From Lytechinus pictus (taxonomy: Eukaryota), in assembly GCF_037042905.1 (NCBI RefSeq), contig NC_087249.1:39184001-39248000 (forward strand): 64,000 nucleotides of DNA. Direction: 5' to 3'. Under the pieces are notes generated by a model. It worked only from the letters and a program-made list of their open reading frames with translations. It made no database searches and had not been told where the DNA came from. The translations under genes and the position numbers were made by a program. Position 1 is the stretch's first letter. Every line of letters starts with the position of its first letter. Shown piece after piece: positions 20,101 to 32,537 of this stretch.

Positions 20101-23100
20101 ATTTCTGTGTTCTCAGGGTACTTAATATATACCTACAAGCAAATAAATATTGACTTCTCTTTACAAAAACTGTGACATTATTTTTCATTAACAAACTACT
20201 TGCAGTATGCATTTATTAGTTTTTAGATCAAGTTTGAATATAACTATTTGTGTGTGTGAAAGGATAAATGTATGTATCATGATTATATTAATACACATGT
20301 CCATGTCAGATTCACTGTGTGAAAAGATGTGTTAAAGGAAAATCATTGTACACTCTAAATTGGCAACATAATTTTTTTACAGCTATTTGAGCACATGAAA
20401 ATAATTTATAGTAGTTGCCAATTTGAGGAATGAAAACATGCTCTCTACCTCTATGAATTGAGAATAGTAAATATCTTGCTCTCTTTGATAAACAGTAACC
20501 GATGTGAAGGAGCCTCTGACCCCACCATCATCCTTCACAAACTCACCCGACCACTGCTACGTCTCAGGCAGCGAGCCCGACTCTCCATACTCCGCTCCAG
20601 ACTCACCCATGGACATGTCGCCACCAAGTCCGGTCCACTCCGCTCCGTCAGGGGGTCTGCTTGATAGGACGAGACTAGTCCTCTGTGTGTTCATGTTCTC
20701 TATCCTTGCCTTCAATCCGTTTGGATTCCTCATCAACAAGGGCTTTGAGAGCTTTGTGGTTGGCAGCGGGACTGGGTTCGGAGGCGACTCCATGGTCGCA
20801 GGAGGCAGGAAGCTGATGGGAGGTAAGATCTCATGCCTAGGGGGGAGGGTTGGGAGGGGGTGGCACGACATTTGCTCTTGCGACAATTTCTCTTGCAACA
20901 ATTTCTCTTGTGACAATTTCATCTCCGGCTTAATTTCATCTAAGATGTAGGGTTACAATAGGGTTTTACATTAGGTTTAGGGTGAGGTTGAGTGTAGGCT
21001 ATAGCATTAAACCCAGGGTTGAAGTTGGTAATTTGATTAGTGTGTGGAATTAAGAGCGGAGCAATTGTCGCCAGAGCAAAAGATCATGGAGCCTGGGAGG
21101 GGGGTGCGTAGTCTGCAGGCACAGACCATGATTTAGAGTTTGATTAACAAGTGGATCTTCACACAAGACTAGCATAAATTCAACTTGAATGAGAGGGGTC
21201 TTTTTTACACAATTCATTGGTAGGGACTTTGGGCTGTATATTCAGACTACTCAGGGGGAGGTCGCTAGTTTACAAATCTCAACTATTCTTATGATTCATA
21301 TGAATGAGAAGGCCCGGTATAAAATTGAAATGCCTGTATCCTTGTTATTTCAAATATTTTGAACTGCTTTAAATGAATAAGCCAGTACATAGCTAAAGCA
21401 TTTCTTCAATCTCCTTCAGATATTTTAAAACATGTATAGAGGTTCATTTGTGTGCACTTGATAATCTCTCCCAAAGGTGATGAGATGTCTCATGAATGGC
21501 TTTTACACTTGGGTGTTGTAGAATACACTTGAGCAAGTAATAAATTTACACTGACTTGTAAGAATGGTTATGATCAAAAGTTATGTACATCAAGTGTCTG
21601 GAGATATGATTAATATAAATATATACATAGATATTACTAGTCATGCTTGTTGCTATTTCAGGCAAGCTCTAACAGTTTTAATGTCAGTGGTTGTAAATTT
21701 GGTTGGCAATGTTCTTTGATCAAAAGTTATGTACATCAAGTGCCTGGAGATATGACCAATATAATAGATATGTAGATATTATTATTCATGCTTGTTGCTA
21801 TTTCAGGCAAGCTCTAACTGTCTTCTTGTCAGTGGTTGTAGATTTGGACGGCAGTGTTGTTTATGTGCACAGATTGTATCTATGAACTGCCTTATTGGTG
21901 ACACTTTTTTGCGCTTTTCCCTATTTTGGGGGAGTTTCAGGATTAGCATTAATGTTTGATAAATGTTGCAAGTTCATAATTCTTTTCTCATGAAACTTTT
22001 CTCATTAGTGAGAAGGCATGATGTAAACAGAAATATCAATGCCCTTTGTATTTTGATAATTTTGATCCACTTCATTTAATAACTATTGATGATATTTATT
22101 GGTCCCTTACAGAAGAAGGAGGGAGTGGCGTTGAGACAAGGGTCCTCTCCTTGATCTGGCAGGTTGTACCTTCTCTCTTGGTTTGGTTGATGAACGGAAC
22201 CATCATAGCGACGGTCCTCATAACAATGCTGTATGGCGACAAGACGGCCAAGAGTTCATCAGTCAATATCACAGCCTATTGGAGATACAGGACTCAGGCT
22301 GAGCAGGAGATAATGAAGGTAGGTTCAGTCTCTGCCCATGATGGGTGTCTCGGGTAGGATCCTGATCTCAAACGGAATGATCTTGGCCTTGTTTGTAATC
22401 TCAGACCTTCGGATCTCGGACCATATACCGCTTTCTGCTTCTTAGATTCATACTCTCAGAAAGGATCGATAGCCATTCCAACATCAATGTGATTGGAATA
22501 GAGTAATTAGGGAAAATCCAACATACTTAACTCTGAAATTGTCATCAAAATCATACTTGATTTATAAAGAAATGTGTAGTATGGCATTTTCAAGTCTGAT
22601 TATTTTTTTCATACGCCAATGAGATACATGTCATGTTTGTGTGTGCACAAGAGATAGCTGATGATGTCACATGTCGCTTAGTAGAAATCGGTAGTGCCGT
22701 ATCTGGCAGGCCTCCTGTCAGTAGTTCTTTGAATCAAAGTGCTTTTTGACAGAAATGCACCATGTCAACAGAGATTCTATGAGGGTATACAGGGTCTAAG
22801 TTCTTCACACTGAAGCACAAGTGTAAGAAACAGAGATGCCAACCATTACGGATTCGCCGTATTTGTTCCGATTTTATTCCTCCAATTACGGTGTTACGGC
22901 AACAATAAAAAGGTTACGGAAAAAACAACTACAATACATGTGTATTGTGTATTGCTTTGCTGTGCATGTGTATATATGCGTGTATTGTGTATTGTGCATG
23001 TATATGCGTGTATTGTGTATACATGTATCGTGCATGCAGCGTGTGTGTGGCCAACGGTAAACCAACAGGAGTTTCTCTACTGAGATTTCTATTGCAAGCG

Positions 23101-26100
23101 CCTCCGCGCGCTGCTGCTGAATACACAGCGGAGTGCAAGCCGCGGTTCATGCATGCACAATGTCAATGGCGATTGGGTGGTTGAGCGTATAAACGATGCT
23201 ACTTCGCGGGATGTTCCTGAGAAACTCCCATTTGTTCCTGACAAATATGGTAAATATTCCTGACAACCATCCCTTTAGGTTGGCATCTCTGAAGAAATAA
23301 TAGCAAGAAATTACCCCCCCCCCCTCTCTAACATCAGGGTAATGGGTGCTTTGTAGCTCTTGGTTTCAAGCATCCTCTGGGTATGCTGGAGTACTATGCC
23401 ACCTTTGTCTGGAATATTCTTTGCTTCCATCCCAATCTTATCTTCAATATCTTTCTTTTTCTTCACCATCAGGGTAACATTGCCCAGGCTCTGAATCAGC
23501 TCTTCCACTGCTTTGCTGCTCTCGGTCGCAACCATCCTCTGGGGATGCTGGAGTACTACACCTCTTTCGTCTGGAACCTCCTCAGCTTCCCTCTCAACCT
23601 CATCTTCAAGGGCCGTGGGATCGGTGCCCGGCTCTCCAGGCCGAAGGCGGACAAGCAGAAGGATGGGGAATACCCCGTTGGGCAGACCACTGCAAGAGAC
23701 ATTGCCAAGACATACCACCACATTGTCCAGCTCTTCTTGACAGGTGTGTACATTCAAGCCAAATATAACACAATCTTTTATACAAATGCCATATGAAAAA
23801 GTGGTCATATTTCTATAATAGCTTAAATGTTTTTTTGGGAAACGTAATGCTAGAAAATAATCCAGATTGTTTGGAGGATAAAAAGGGGTTGTGGTTATAC
23901 AGATAGCAATGGGAAGGAGGAGGAGGATAAAAATTATAGAGGAAGAAATATGAGAAGGAAAAGGAGGAGCAGAAGAAGAATAGGAATATCACCAAGGGAA
24001 AAAGGGAAAGGGGGGGGGGAAGAAGTACAGTAGCAAGTAGAGGTTGAACATTTTTTAATGGCAGTGGTGGAAGTATTGATTTTGCAGAGGAGTGACCATT
24101 TAATTCTCATTGAATTGAATTGAATTAAATTGAAACTTTACTCATTAACAACTGTTGTACAAAATCCCGTTATATGATAGAGCAAGAATTGTGCTACATT
24201 TCTTTCCATTCCTTTCAGTGATGCGTTTGACGAGGACCACCTAATCATCCTGAGTTTTGGGATAATTAGGCTTGGTGGGTCCGCAGATGGCTGATCAGGC
24301 CAATCTGTGCCTAATAGTCTTTGTCATTGTGGACAGGGAATACTGGCAGGTGTTACAGGGTAGTAGTCCTTACCTTCCTAGCCCCCCTGTATTCTACAGC
24401 CACTGCAATTCTGTTGGACCTGCATACTTTGGCACTCTTTTGAACAGCTGTTCACCATGCTGCTCTGTTCTTCTTGGAGTAGTGTGAGCCTTTTGAATGT
24501 GAGACCATCTAGTTTTTATTAACAGCTATGGAACAAGTTCCTTTTTGTAACGATTGCTCTTTTATTCCCCTCCATGTGCAGCTAATTTTTCTCTTGGTGT
24601 ACCGCGAGCCTTCTACATGGGTATGTGCAGCATCAACCACGCTGAGAGGGCCAGGGATGCTATGAGTGCGATAGAACGGGCTGAGATCTATGCCACCGTA
24701 GGGGTGCTGATCAGAACCAAGTTCTCTAAATCACTCCAATGGCTGGCGGTAAGTCCCCTTTCTGTTCAATGGCCCATATTCTGAAGTCAGGTTTAACTTA
24801 GGTCTTGGTTTACATGTAACTCAGTGCTAAAATTATGGGAAGCCACAAATTACAAAAAAAATCTTAACCGAAGGTTAAGTTTTTGAAATGACATCATAAC
24901 TTAGAAAGTATATGGACCTAGTTCATGAAACTTGGGCATAAGGTTAATCAAGTATTAGTGAACATCCTGCTCGAGTTTCAGGTCACGTGACCAAGGTCAA
25001 AGGTCATTTAGGGTCAATGAACTTTGGTCAAGTTGGGGGTATTTGTTGAATTACTATCATAACTTTGAAAATTTATGGATCTAGTCCATGAAACTTGAAC
25101 ATAAGGTTAATCAAGTATTAGTGAACATCCTGCCTGAGTTTCAGGTTACATGACCAAGGTCAAAGGTCATTTAGGGTCAATGAACTTTGGCCAAGTTGGG
25201 GGTATTTGTTGAATTACCATCATAACTTTGAAAATTTATGGATTTAGTTCATGAAACTTAGACATTAGGTTAATCAAGTACCACTGAATATCCTGTGCGA
25301 GTTTCAGGTCACATGACCTGATGACCATGGTCAATGGTCATTTAAGGTCAATGAACTTTGGCCGTGTTGGGGGTATATGTTAAATTACCATCCTAACTCT
25401 GAAAGTGTATGGATCTAGTTCATAAAACTTGGACATAAGAGTAATCAAGCATCACTGAACATCCCCTGTGAGTTTCAGGTCACAAAACCAAGTCAAAGGT
25501 CAGTTAAGGTCAATAAACTTAGGCCATGTTGGGGTAATTGTTGAAGTGCCATCATAACTTTGAAAGTTTATGGATAGAGTGAATGAAATGTGGACATGGG
25601 TGTAGTTGACAGTCTTAAGTCTCTGTTCAAATGTCATTTATGGTCAATGAACGTGGTATTATGTCATTATATGAATGATTATTTTATAGTAGTTTTCAAA
25701 GTTAGCACTGCTGCTATATTAAATTGCGTAATGCAGGCGAGACTGCCAGAGGCGTTCCACTTGTTCTTCAATTATCTAGATGAAACAAAAATAAGAAAAA
25801 GAAGTTTGCTCAATCGAAAGTAAAAGAACCCTTGATTTGAATCATGATATGTAGTTTACAATGATGTAAACAACCTTCAGCTTAACCCAGTGAGCCCTTT
25901 GCATGAGATAAATTGGACTGGGGTATGTGGGAAATGCATATTGTGTGGAAATCATGTAGTGTTCATTGGGTTAAACTCAAATTTCAACTAGATTATTATT
26001 TTTTAATTCTTGACAGAGCCCAGTGTTCTATCGAGTGCGGTTCATCCTGAATCGATCCAAGAGCCCCACTCCACCTATTCTGAATTGGACCTTGGTTGCT

Positions 26101-29100
26101 TTCTCCCATCACTTCAGACACCATGATACCGTCCCAACCTCTTGGCAGGGACCAAGCTACTTTACCTCCATCACAGAGAAACGTAAGAAACATTCTTTGT
26201 AAGCATACCCATTAGTAGTTCAGGCCAGGCTTGAGTCCACATTTTGCCGGCCTTGACCTCGGCATCGACCCGAGTCACGTGTGCAAAGTCTATTGGAGTA
26301 GATTTTCTCCAGCGGCCTTGTGACTATGAGCCGAGACTACATTGGATCCTCATACAAACTTTCTGTATAAACATAAACTTGGTGTGGCAAGTGTTCCTAT
26401 GAAATAGAAATATTCTTATTTTCAGAAAAAAAGAAAATTGCCATTTTAACATGTGTGTAACTATACATGTTAAACATTTTAAGAAGTATTGAATACGAAA
26501 ATTGAAGTGTGTTCCTGTTTTGGGGTAAATTTCTTGGTAATTTGTACCTATTTCTTGGCTGTCAGGGTTGGCAGGTATGCATTGGGATCGTTTCCTCTTG
26601 GTCTACTAGCAGGTGGTATCATTTTGGGGTCATCTGACACAATCGTGTCGAAACCCACTTCGGGGTGTTGCAAGAAAATATTTGCAATCAATTGCAAATA
26701 TTATGTTGCAATTTTACAACTGATTGACCAATTTAAGCTGTAGCCAATCAGATAACACTCCTTGCTGCAGTAAGCAGACCAGCAATCATTTGCTAATTTA
26801 CAAGTAATTGCAAGACCTATGATTGATTGCGGGACTAAAATATAAACTTGCAAATTGATTGTAAAAATGGTCTAGTTATGGTTTGGCCCAAGTATCACTT
26901 AGTACACCAGGTTTAACCTTAACCCTAAAGAGATGGGGTGTAGAATTTGTTGAATTATTCCAGCATTAGACAGTATGGCATGAATTCACAAAGATGGTTT
27001 TTAAAACCATCGGTTGAACCCATGGTTTATGCAGATTTCCTGTATAAATTACGCTTATTTACCGCTTATATTAAAAAATGTCCAATGCTGATGCGCGCTT
27101 TTGTCACAGTGCACCAAATTGACGCCTGATGCCGTGGTTATCCACACTATTTTGTTCATGAGTCCACTGTTTTGAATTAATGAGTCCACTCTTCAAAAAT
27201 TAATAAAATAGCGTTCTTATCCATGGCAACAAGCGTCAATTTGGCACACTGTGACAAAAGCGTGCATCGACATTGGACATTTTTTAATATACACAATAAA
27301 TAAACATAATTTATACAGGAAATCTGCATAAACGATGGGTTTAGCTGATGGTTTTAAAAATCACCTTTCTGAATTAGGGCCCATGTCTTTTTATTTAGTT
27401 CTTGATAAAGCTTTAACTATAAGAAACAGTATTCTTGCATCATTCTTTTGATTTGTCATCTCTTGGTTGTATATATTTATGCTCTTTTTGTGTCTTCTTT
27501 CAATGTCTCTGCCTTTAGGTAACCCATTGGTAGTAGTATCCCAGCACCTGAGGGAGCATATGATACACAATGCACTCCGAGGTATCTTAGCCCTGCAACC
27601 AGTACATGACTCACACAAGACCAAGACAAGGTATAGTATACATATCTTGCTTTGCCTATTCCCTTTTGGTTGCTATTACTCAAGAATTTATTTTGCTTAT
27701 ATAGTTTGCCACTGCATTTGTTTTTCACTACTTTGTCTTATCCTTAAATTTTATTCATGTCTAAATTTTGTTATGACACTGTTAAAAATTTGTCACATTG
27801 CAATGTACTTTAATTTCATACTACGATTATGTTTATGATTTATTTTGACTTTACAATAAATGCAGAAACTCCTGCAAAAAAAAGATCTTGCTTTGTTGGA
27901 AAATGCAAATGCATGTTTGTTTGTTTTTTCATCACAATTTTGAGAGTTGTCCCTACTAATTTTCACAATCTTCTCACCAAAGTTGGTGGTTAAGTCTGGG
28001 ACTGCATTTTATAGAATGTTTGAATTTTTTTCATGTGCTAAGAAGTAGTAGCCTGAGCCTGGAAAAGGAAAGATAGGGTGTTAAAAGTGATATCATGAGA
28101 CACAGATACTAACAGATATGTTTTTTTCTTTTAATAAGATGCATAGTGTTTTTATTATATTCACTTCACAGTCTTGAATCAATTCTCATTATCTATTCAC
28201 AGAATTTTGTTCTTTTCACAGTGTTTTTTTTTTTTTTTATTGTTCTACTCGCGTATTATTCTTTTCACATGGTTATTGTTGAACATACAGTGTCAATGAA
28301 GATTTCCTGATGCAGCTGAACAGGCTGAGCATTTCTCTTGACGAGGCTTCCAGCTTCTATCAGCAGAATGTAGATATGACCTCCAACCTTCAGGCCAGGA
28401 ATGGTGAGTCCGCCCTCTATAGTCAGAGATTTGTACATGCTTTTTGTCGGTAACCAAGGTATAAACCAAGGTCAGTTGTCGCTATCATGAAATCATGAAA
28501 TCTAAGCTTGAATAAGAATCGTAATGAAGGTCACCAACACAGACATGCTCATGTGGGACAGTGTATTATAATTGCTTGGAAAAAGACCTGACATATCACT
28601 GGAATGCCATGCCAATATTGCTTATATCTCAGCAGTTGCACACACTCTACCATAATCATTTGGTTCATATTTTTTTCTTCATACATACAAACACTTAGCT
28701 GGTCATTTTATTAGATACTGTTCCAACTCATTTTGAGATATTTACCACAACTGGCATTTTTCCTCAAGCTCAAGCTACTACTGCTTTAGCAGCACTTGGT
28801 ACATTCATGGGCCTGTATTCTGAAGTCGGGTTTAACTTAAACTCAGGTTTAAAGTTGTGGTTTAAGTATGGATAGCCAATTGTTACATAAATCACTAACA
28901 GTAGAGATATCATATTTCAGCTCATTTGGCTCTCAAATCAATCATAATTGTCTAGGAAGTATAAATAGATGATTGTCCTTACCATCGATGAATCAGGAAA
29001 GAGCACAGTAAACATAAGAAACATATAACTTAATAAAAAATGTTACACTTTTGGCTCCCCACAATTTTAGCACAAAGTTAGACCATTTATCCTGTCAGGT

Positions 29101-32100
29101 ACTCCTTCGCCTCATCGGGATTAAGTGCAGCACTTTAATTTTAGACCAAGAGGAACTAGGATTCATTCATAAACTGAAAAATACCAAAAGTTTGAACTTG
29201 TCATGACTCTACTCTTGAGTTCCAATCTTCATGTTCTGTATTGGTAAGATACATGGTAACAATGGATTTTGTTCTCATTAATTTGCAGAGTATGATCCAG
29301 TCGCTCGTTGGTGGGTTAACCTGCTTTTTGCGGCAGCCTACTGGCACATTGGTGAGGAAGACAAGGCGGAGACATACATAAACTGCATCGACTCTCTGCC
29401 TCCCCAGCTCCAGAAAGAATGGTAAACAATGCATCTGTGTTATCTCGACCACACAAACTTCTCTGCAGCGTATTTGGAAGTTTGTCTTGGACTTTTATGA
29501 ATACTTGTGATGGTAGTAATAATGATGATGATAACAATATTCCGCTTTTATATAGTGCGTGATACTTGGAAAGATTTCTGGGGAGCACGACAGCAAGAGT
29601 TTTGAAACCGATCTGGTTGGGATCCATGGCATTTGCTCCGCCGACAATTGCTCCGCTGTAAATTCAACACACGAATGGAATGACCAACTTCAACCCTGGA
29701 TTTTACTCTGTACCTTATCCTAAACCTGAGATAAAGCCCTATTGCAACCCTAACCCTATATCTTAGACAAAATAAAGCCCCGAGCAATTGTCGCAGGAGC
29801 AAATGTCTTGTCACCATCTGGTTGATATGACACTTGTTGCACTCCACCATTAGTGCATAGTATTTTGAAATGAAGGGTCAGTGGCTTTTCCCTTCATTTT
29901 GGGTTACAAGGTATACAACACATCTAGGCCATTACTCCCCCTCCCCTTCCAATTCAGCCACATATTTAAACCTTCATGGACTGATTCCCTCCAAACTTGG
30001 GTTGTGCATGTTTTTCATCATATTCTGCTGAGATATGGTTTTAAAAACGCTTAAATGCAAAAAAAAAAGTTTGTGGTGTCATCGCTTCAGGCCAGTTGTA
30101 TTTTATCATTTACAGCTTCCCTCTGGCAGCCCTGCAAGCCTGCAAGGCGCGACTTGCCTTCCTCTCAGCTGCTCACAACGACATACCTGATGATTGTATG
30201 AGGATGTCTGACCTAGCAAGCAGCAACCTTGTACGGAGCTTGGATGCCTGCTACTCAGCGGATAGCTCCATCATGGTGAGTATCAATCTCATATTTTTAT
30301 CATTATAGTTAGTATCGTTGTAAAGATGTCTCCAACCTTGGTTAGGGGGAAGACAGATAGGAGGAAAACATGAAATGCAGATTGGAAAGAACCAACCGAT
30401 TTAGTTTCACTGTACTTGATTTGCTTTAATTGCTGTCAATGATAGGTCATTGTTAGATAATCGGTGTTAGGCCAGTGTAAGGTCACTGTTTGGTCGGTGA
30501 TTAGTCTTTGGTAGGACTTCGTCAGTGTTAGCTTAGTATTGGAGCAGTGTTAGCTTAGTGTTGGATCAAGATTAGCTCAGTATTAGGTTGGTTGTAGGTC
30601 AGTGGTAAATCAGTGTTAGATCAGTGTTGAATCGGTGTTTTGTAGTTCTCCAGAGGACATGGATGATCATCACAATGACCACACGACTGACAAGGATTCC
30701 TTTCTTGAAGCCATGGTGCATTGTAGTTGCATTGCATGTTTTTCTCTAGCAAATGTAGTGCAAACACAGTGCAAAATGGAGGCAAGATTCACAGCACCTA
30801 TCAACAGCAGTGGTCTTAAACTATTTACTCTTTGAAAATTACATGTTATCATTATAATACTAGGATAAATCACTTATGGATTTCATTATAATGATAATAA
30901 TGCAGATTATCTAGTTGCCTAGTCAGTGGTGCTCTATGTACTGTGTATGGATATTCAAACTTTTGCTATTGCTATTCCTATCATAAACAATATGAAATTG
31001 ATTGATGGGAATCATTTAAAGTAACATACATGAATTTGGGCTAGAAATAGAATTTGTACATTAGATTTCAATCACATTTTAAACATTTAGACCATAATCG
31101 CAGGAAATCGCAATCGCAAGAAATTTACCCATATTGTGCTGTGCTCTACCCAGGTGAGGTGAAGAAGTACACGTCGGGATTAATTCCTTGAGTGCACTGA
31201 GCGCTGAAAATGGCAGCATAGCTAAAGTTGCAGTCGTATAATAATAGTACGCCTTGAAGTAGATTATAATCTAGATTGATGGCACTACACAAATGCATAA
31301 TTTCTTCTCCTTTTCATTCTACATGTTCGATCGCAGACCTATAATATTTGCTTTCAAATCTGTGTATGTTATCTAGCTCGTCCAGCTCCTGGTCGTCGAC
31401 TGGCTGCTGTCGACCCGCTCTGCGATGTGGCAGAGACGCCAGCAGGGCTCCCCGTCCACCGTTACAGCTACAAAGAATGAATTGTCATCCTTCCACCAAG
31501 ACCTCACCACACTCAGGAAGCTGGCCAGTGAACTGCCGGACGTCGGGTCAAAGGTTACCCTGTATGAAGCCATCGGCCGGTTGATGGCAGGCGCCAACCC
31601 CGTCCGGACGCAGGTCCTTCTTGACCAGAACCTGAGAAAGAGGAACACAGATCCCAAACAAAGAGGTGAGAATCAATTCAAATTTCCACCTTCTATAAGA
31701 GGAGACCAATATTGAAGATGAATACTAGAAGCATCTTTTTCAGGACCCCATTGCATAGCAGTTGCTTTTATGGTAACTGTGCCATGCAATGCCAACTACC
31801 TGTTGTATTCACAATGAAATTCAAACTACCATGATAGTTTTGTATTATGGGGCCCTGGTCATCAGTCTCTGTCTATCTGTTTTCTAGTGTTTTTTTTTTT
31901 TTTTTTTTTACTCTGCCCTCTGTAATTGGATGCCAGAGACAATGATTTGAATAGATTATGGGGTTGAAGGTCACAGGTCGATATATACCCCAAAATATCT
32001 TCTTTTGATAAAGAAAGAACTGTTTTGAAGACTCGACCTGAAATTCAGTTTAGGTATGCACAAGGAAGTGACAATAATGTGAAAGATATTGCGTCACAAG

Positions 32101-32537
32101 GTCAAAGGCCACAGTGATCAGTAATTCTATGTTTGTTTTATTTTCTTTTGATGAAATTGGTAATTAGTTAGTGTCTAATACCACTTAATGTGTGAATCAA
32201 CAGGACACAAATAGAATTGTATAGTGCATCTCACATTAGAGTTAAGTCTCCTTAAATTCTCTTTTTCTTTCCTTCTTCCCACCCAGATTTGGAGGTAGAG
32301 AGCAGGACGACGGAGCACGACCGTGCCCAGTCACTACTGATGAAGAGCTGTTACCTCTACTCCACCATGCCATCTGATACCGCAGAGCGTAAGAACCTCC
32401 TCAACGACGCGGTGCGCTCACTCGAGAAGATCGGCGATCACCGTGGCATGCAGTGCTGTCAGCAAATGCTACAGTCGTTGCAGAAGTCCGGCCCAGCGCA
32501 ACCCACGAATACTTCAGTCACAACGGCTTGTTGTTAA
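17105..32537 (+). CDS. SREBP: Sterol regulatory element-binding protein (SREBP), 5'-partial; 15 exons giving 1019 aa in the window
   Basis: Exons 17105-17368, 18331-18507, 19073-19366, 19857-19986, 20496-20822, 22113-22318, 23473-23743, 24582-24748, 26017-26182, 27519-27630, 28291-28403, 29289-29421, 30116-30275, 31377-31665, 32287-32537; all GT-AG and phase-compatible (3060 nt). bHLH basic region with the SREBP-diagnostic Tyr (HNAIEQRYRKSIN), phosphodegron LTPPS, SEPDSP, DRTR plus TM1 with NP (S2P site), luminal R-x-L motifs, TM2, and C-terminal LYEAIGRLMAGANPVRT and AVRSLEKIGD. Confidence 0.95.
17379..17790. repeat. Palindromic non-autonomous repeat: ~165-nt hairpin (17379-17544) plus a second 12-bp inverted pair (17555-17566 / 17779-17790)
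   Basis: Arms caaataatgaatgtt..tgcaatggacagaatacttcat..gtgaaagatgaaatgatccattcaac and gttgaatggatcat..atttcatctttcac..atgaagtattgtgtccattgca..aacattcattatttg around the loop gaggcgtagccga. Confidence 0.75.
19453..19856 (+). repeat. Tandem partial duplications of the acceptor and 5' part of the SREBP helix-2 exon
   Basis: ctatcctaccag|gt(a/g)tcaaa occurs four times (AG at 19512, 19635, 19728 and 19855). Copies 1 and 3 continue with ...ggtctgaggaagatgtgt. Confidence 0.9.
20858..21093. mobile_element. Short MITE family with gcgacaattgctcc-type TIRs and degenerate TTAGGG interior; other copies at ~29620-29816 and ~46235-46432
   Basis: Shared termini gg(t)gacacgacat(t)tgctc..gcgac(a)att and ggagcaattgtcgcc..agca.a.gtcatgga.cc at three loci. 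Confidence 0.7.
22831..23291. mobile_element. hAT-type MITE with 6-bp TSD
   Basis: TIRs CAGAGATGCCAACC / GGTTGGCATCTCTG. Exact TSD AAGAAA at 22825-22830 and 23292-23297. Confidence 0.9.
24860..25765 (+). mobile_element. 5'-truncated HINE-like element with ~163-bp internal tandem repeats
   Basis: The atcataactttgaaa unit recurs at ~24893, 25056, 25218, 25388 and 25550. It ends with subterminal TGCAGGCGAGAC followed by ccagaggcgttccacttgtt. The reverse complement TCTCGCCTGCA starts a 5'-end fragment at 60784. Confidence 0.65.
26977..27382. mobile_element. Foldback/palindromic MITE with ~190-bp arms
   Basis: Left arm ...ttttaaaaccatc..aacccat.gtttatgcagatttcctgtataaatta..tattaaaaaatgtccaatg..cgcttttgtcacagtg..ccaaattgacgc is the near reverse complement of ~27225-27360. 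Confidence 0.85.
30703..30787 (+). ncRNA. mir-33: pre-miR-33 hairpin (mature 5p 30716-30736 GUGCAUUGUAGUUGCAUUGCA)
   Basis: Matches the conserved miR-33 mature sequence. The 5' arm ccatggtgcattgtagttgcattgca pairs with the 3' arm tgtagtgcaaacacagtgcaaaatgg (30754-30779) at 22 of 26 positions including GU pairs. It lies in an SREBP intron in sense orientation. Confidence 0.95.

Noticed and set aside
30450-30635. cagtgttag-type short repeats upstream of miR-33 resembling miR-200/141 seed sites
   Set aside because: Intronic low-complexity repeat; seed sites in introns are not expected to function.
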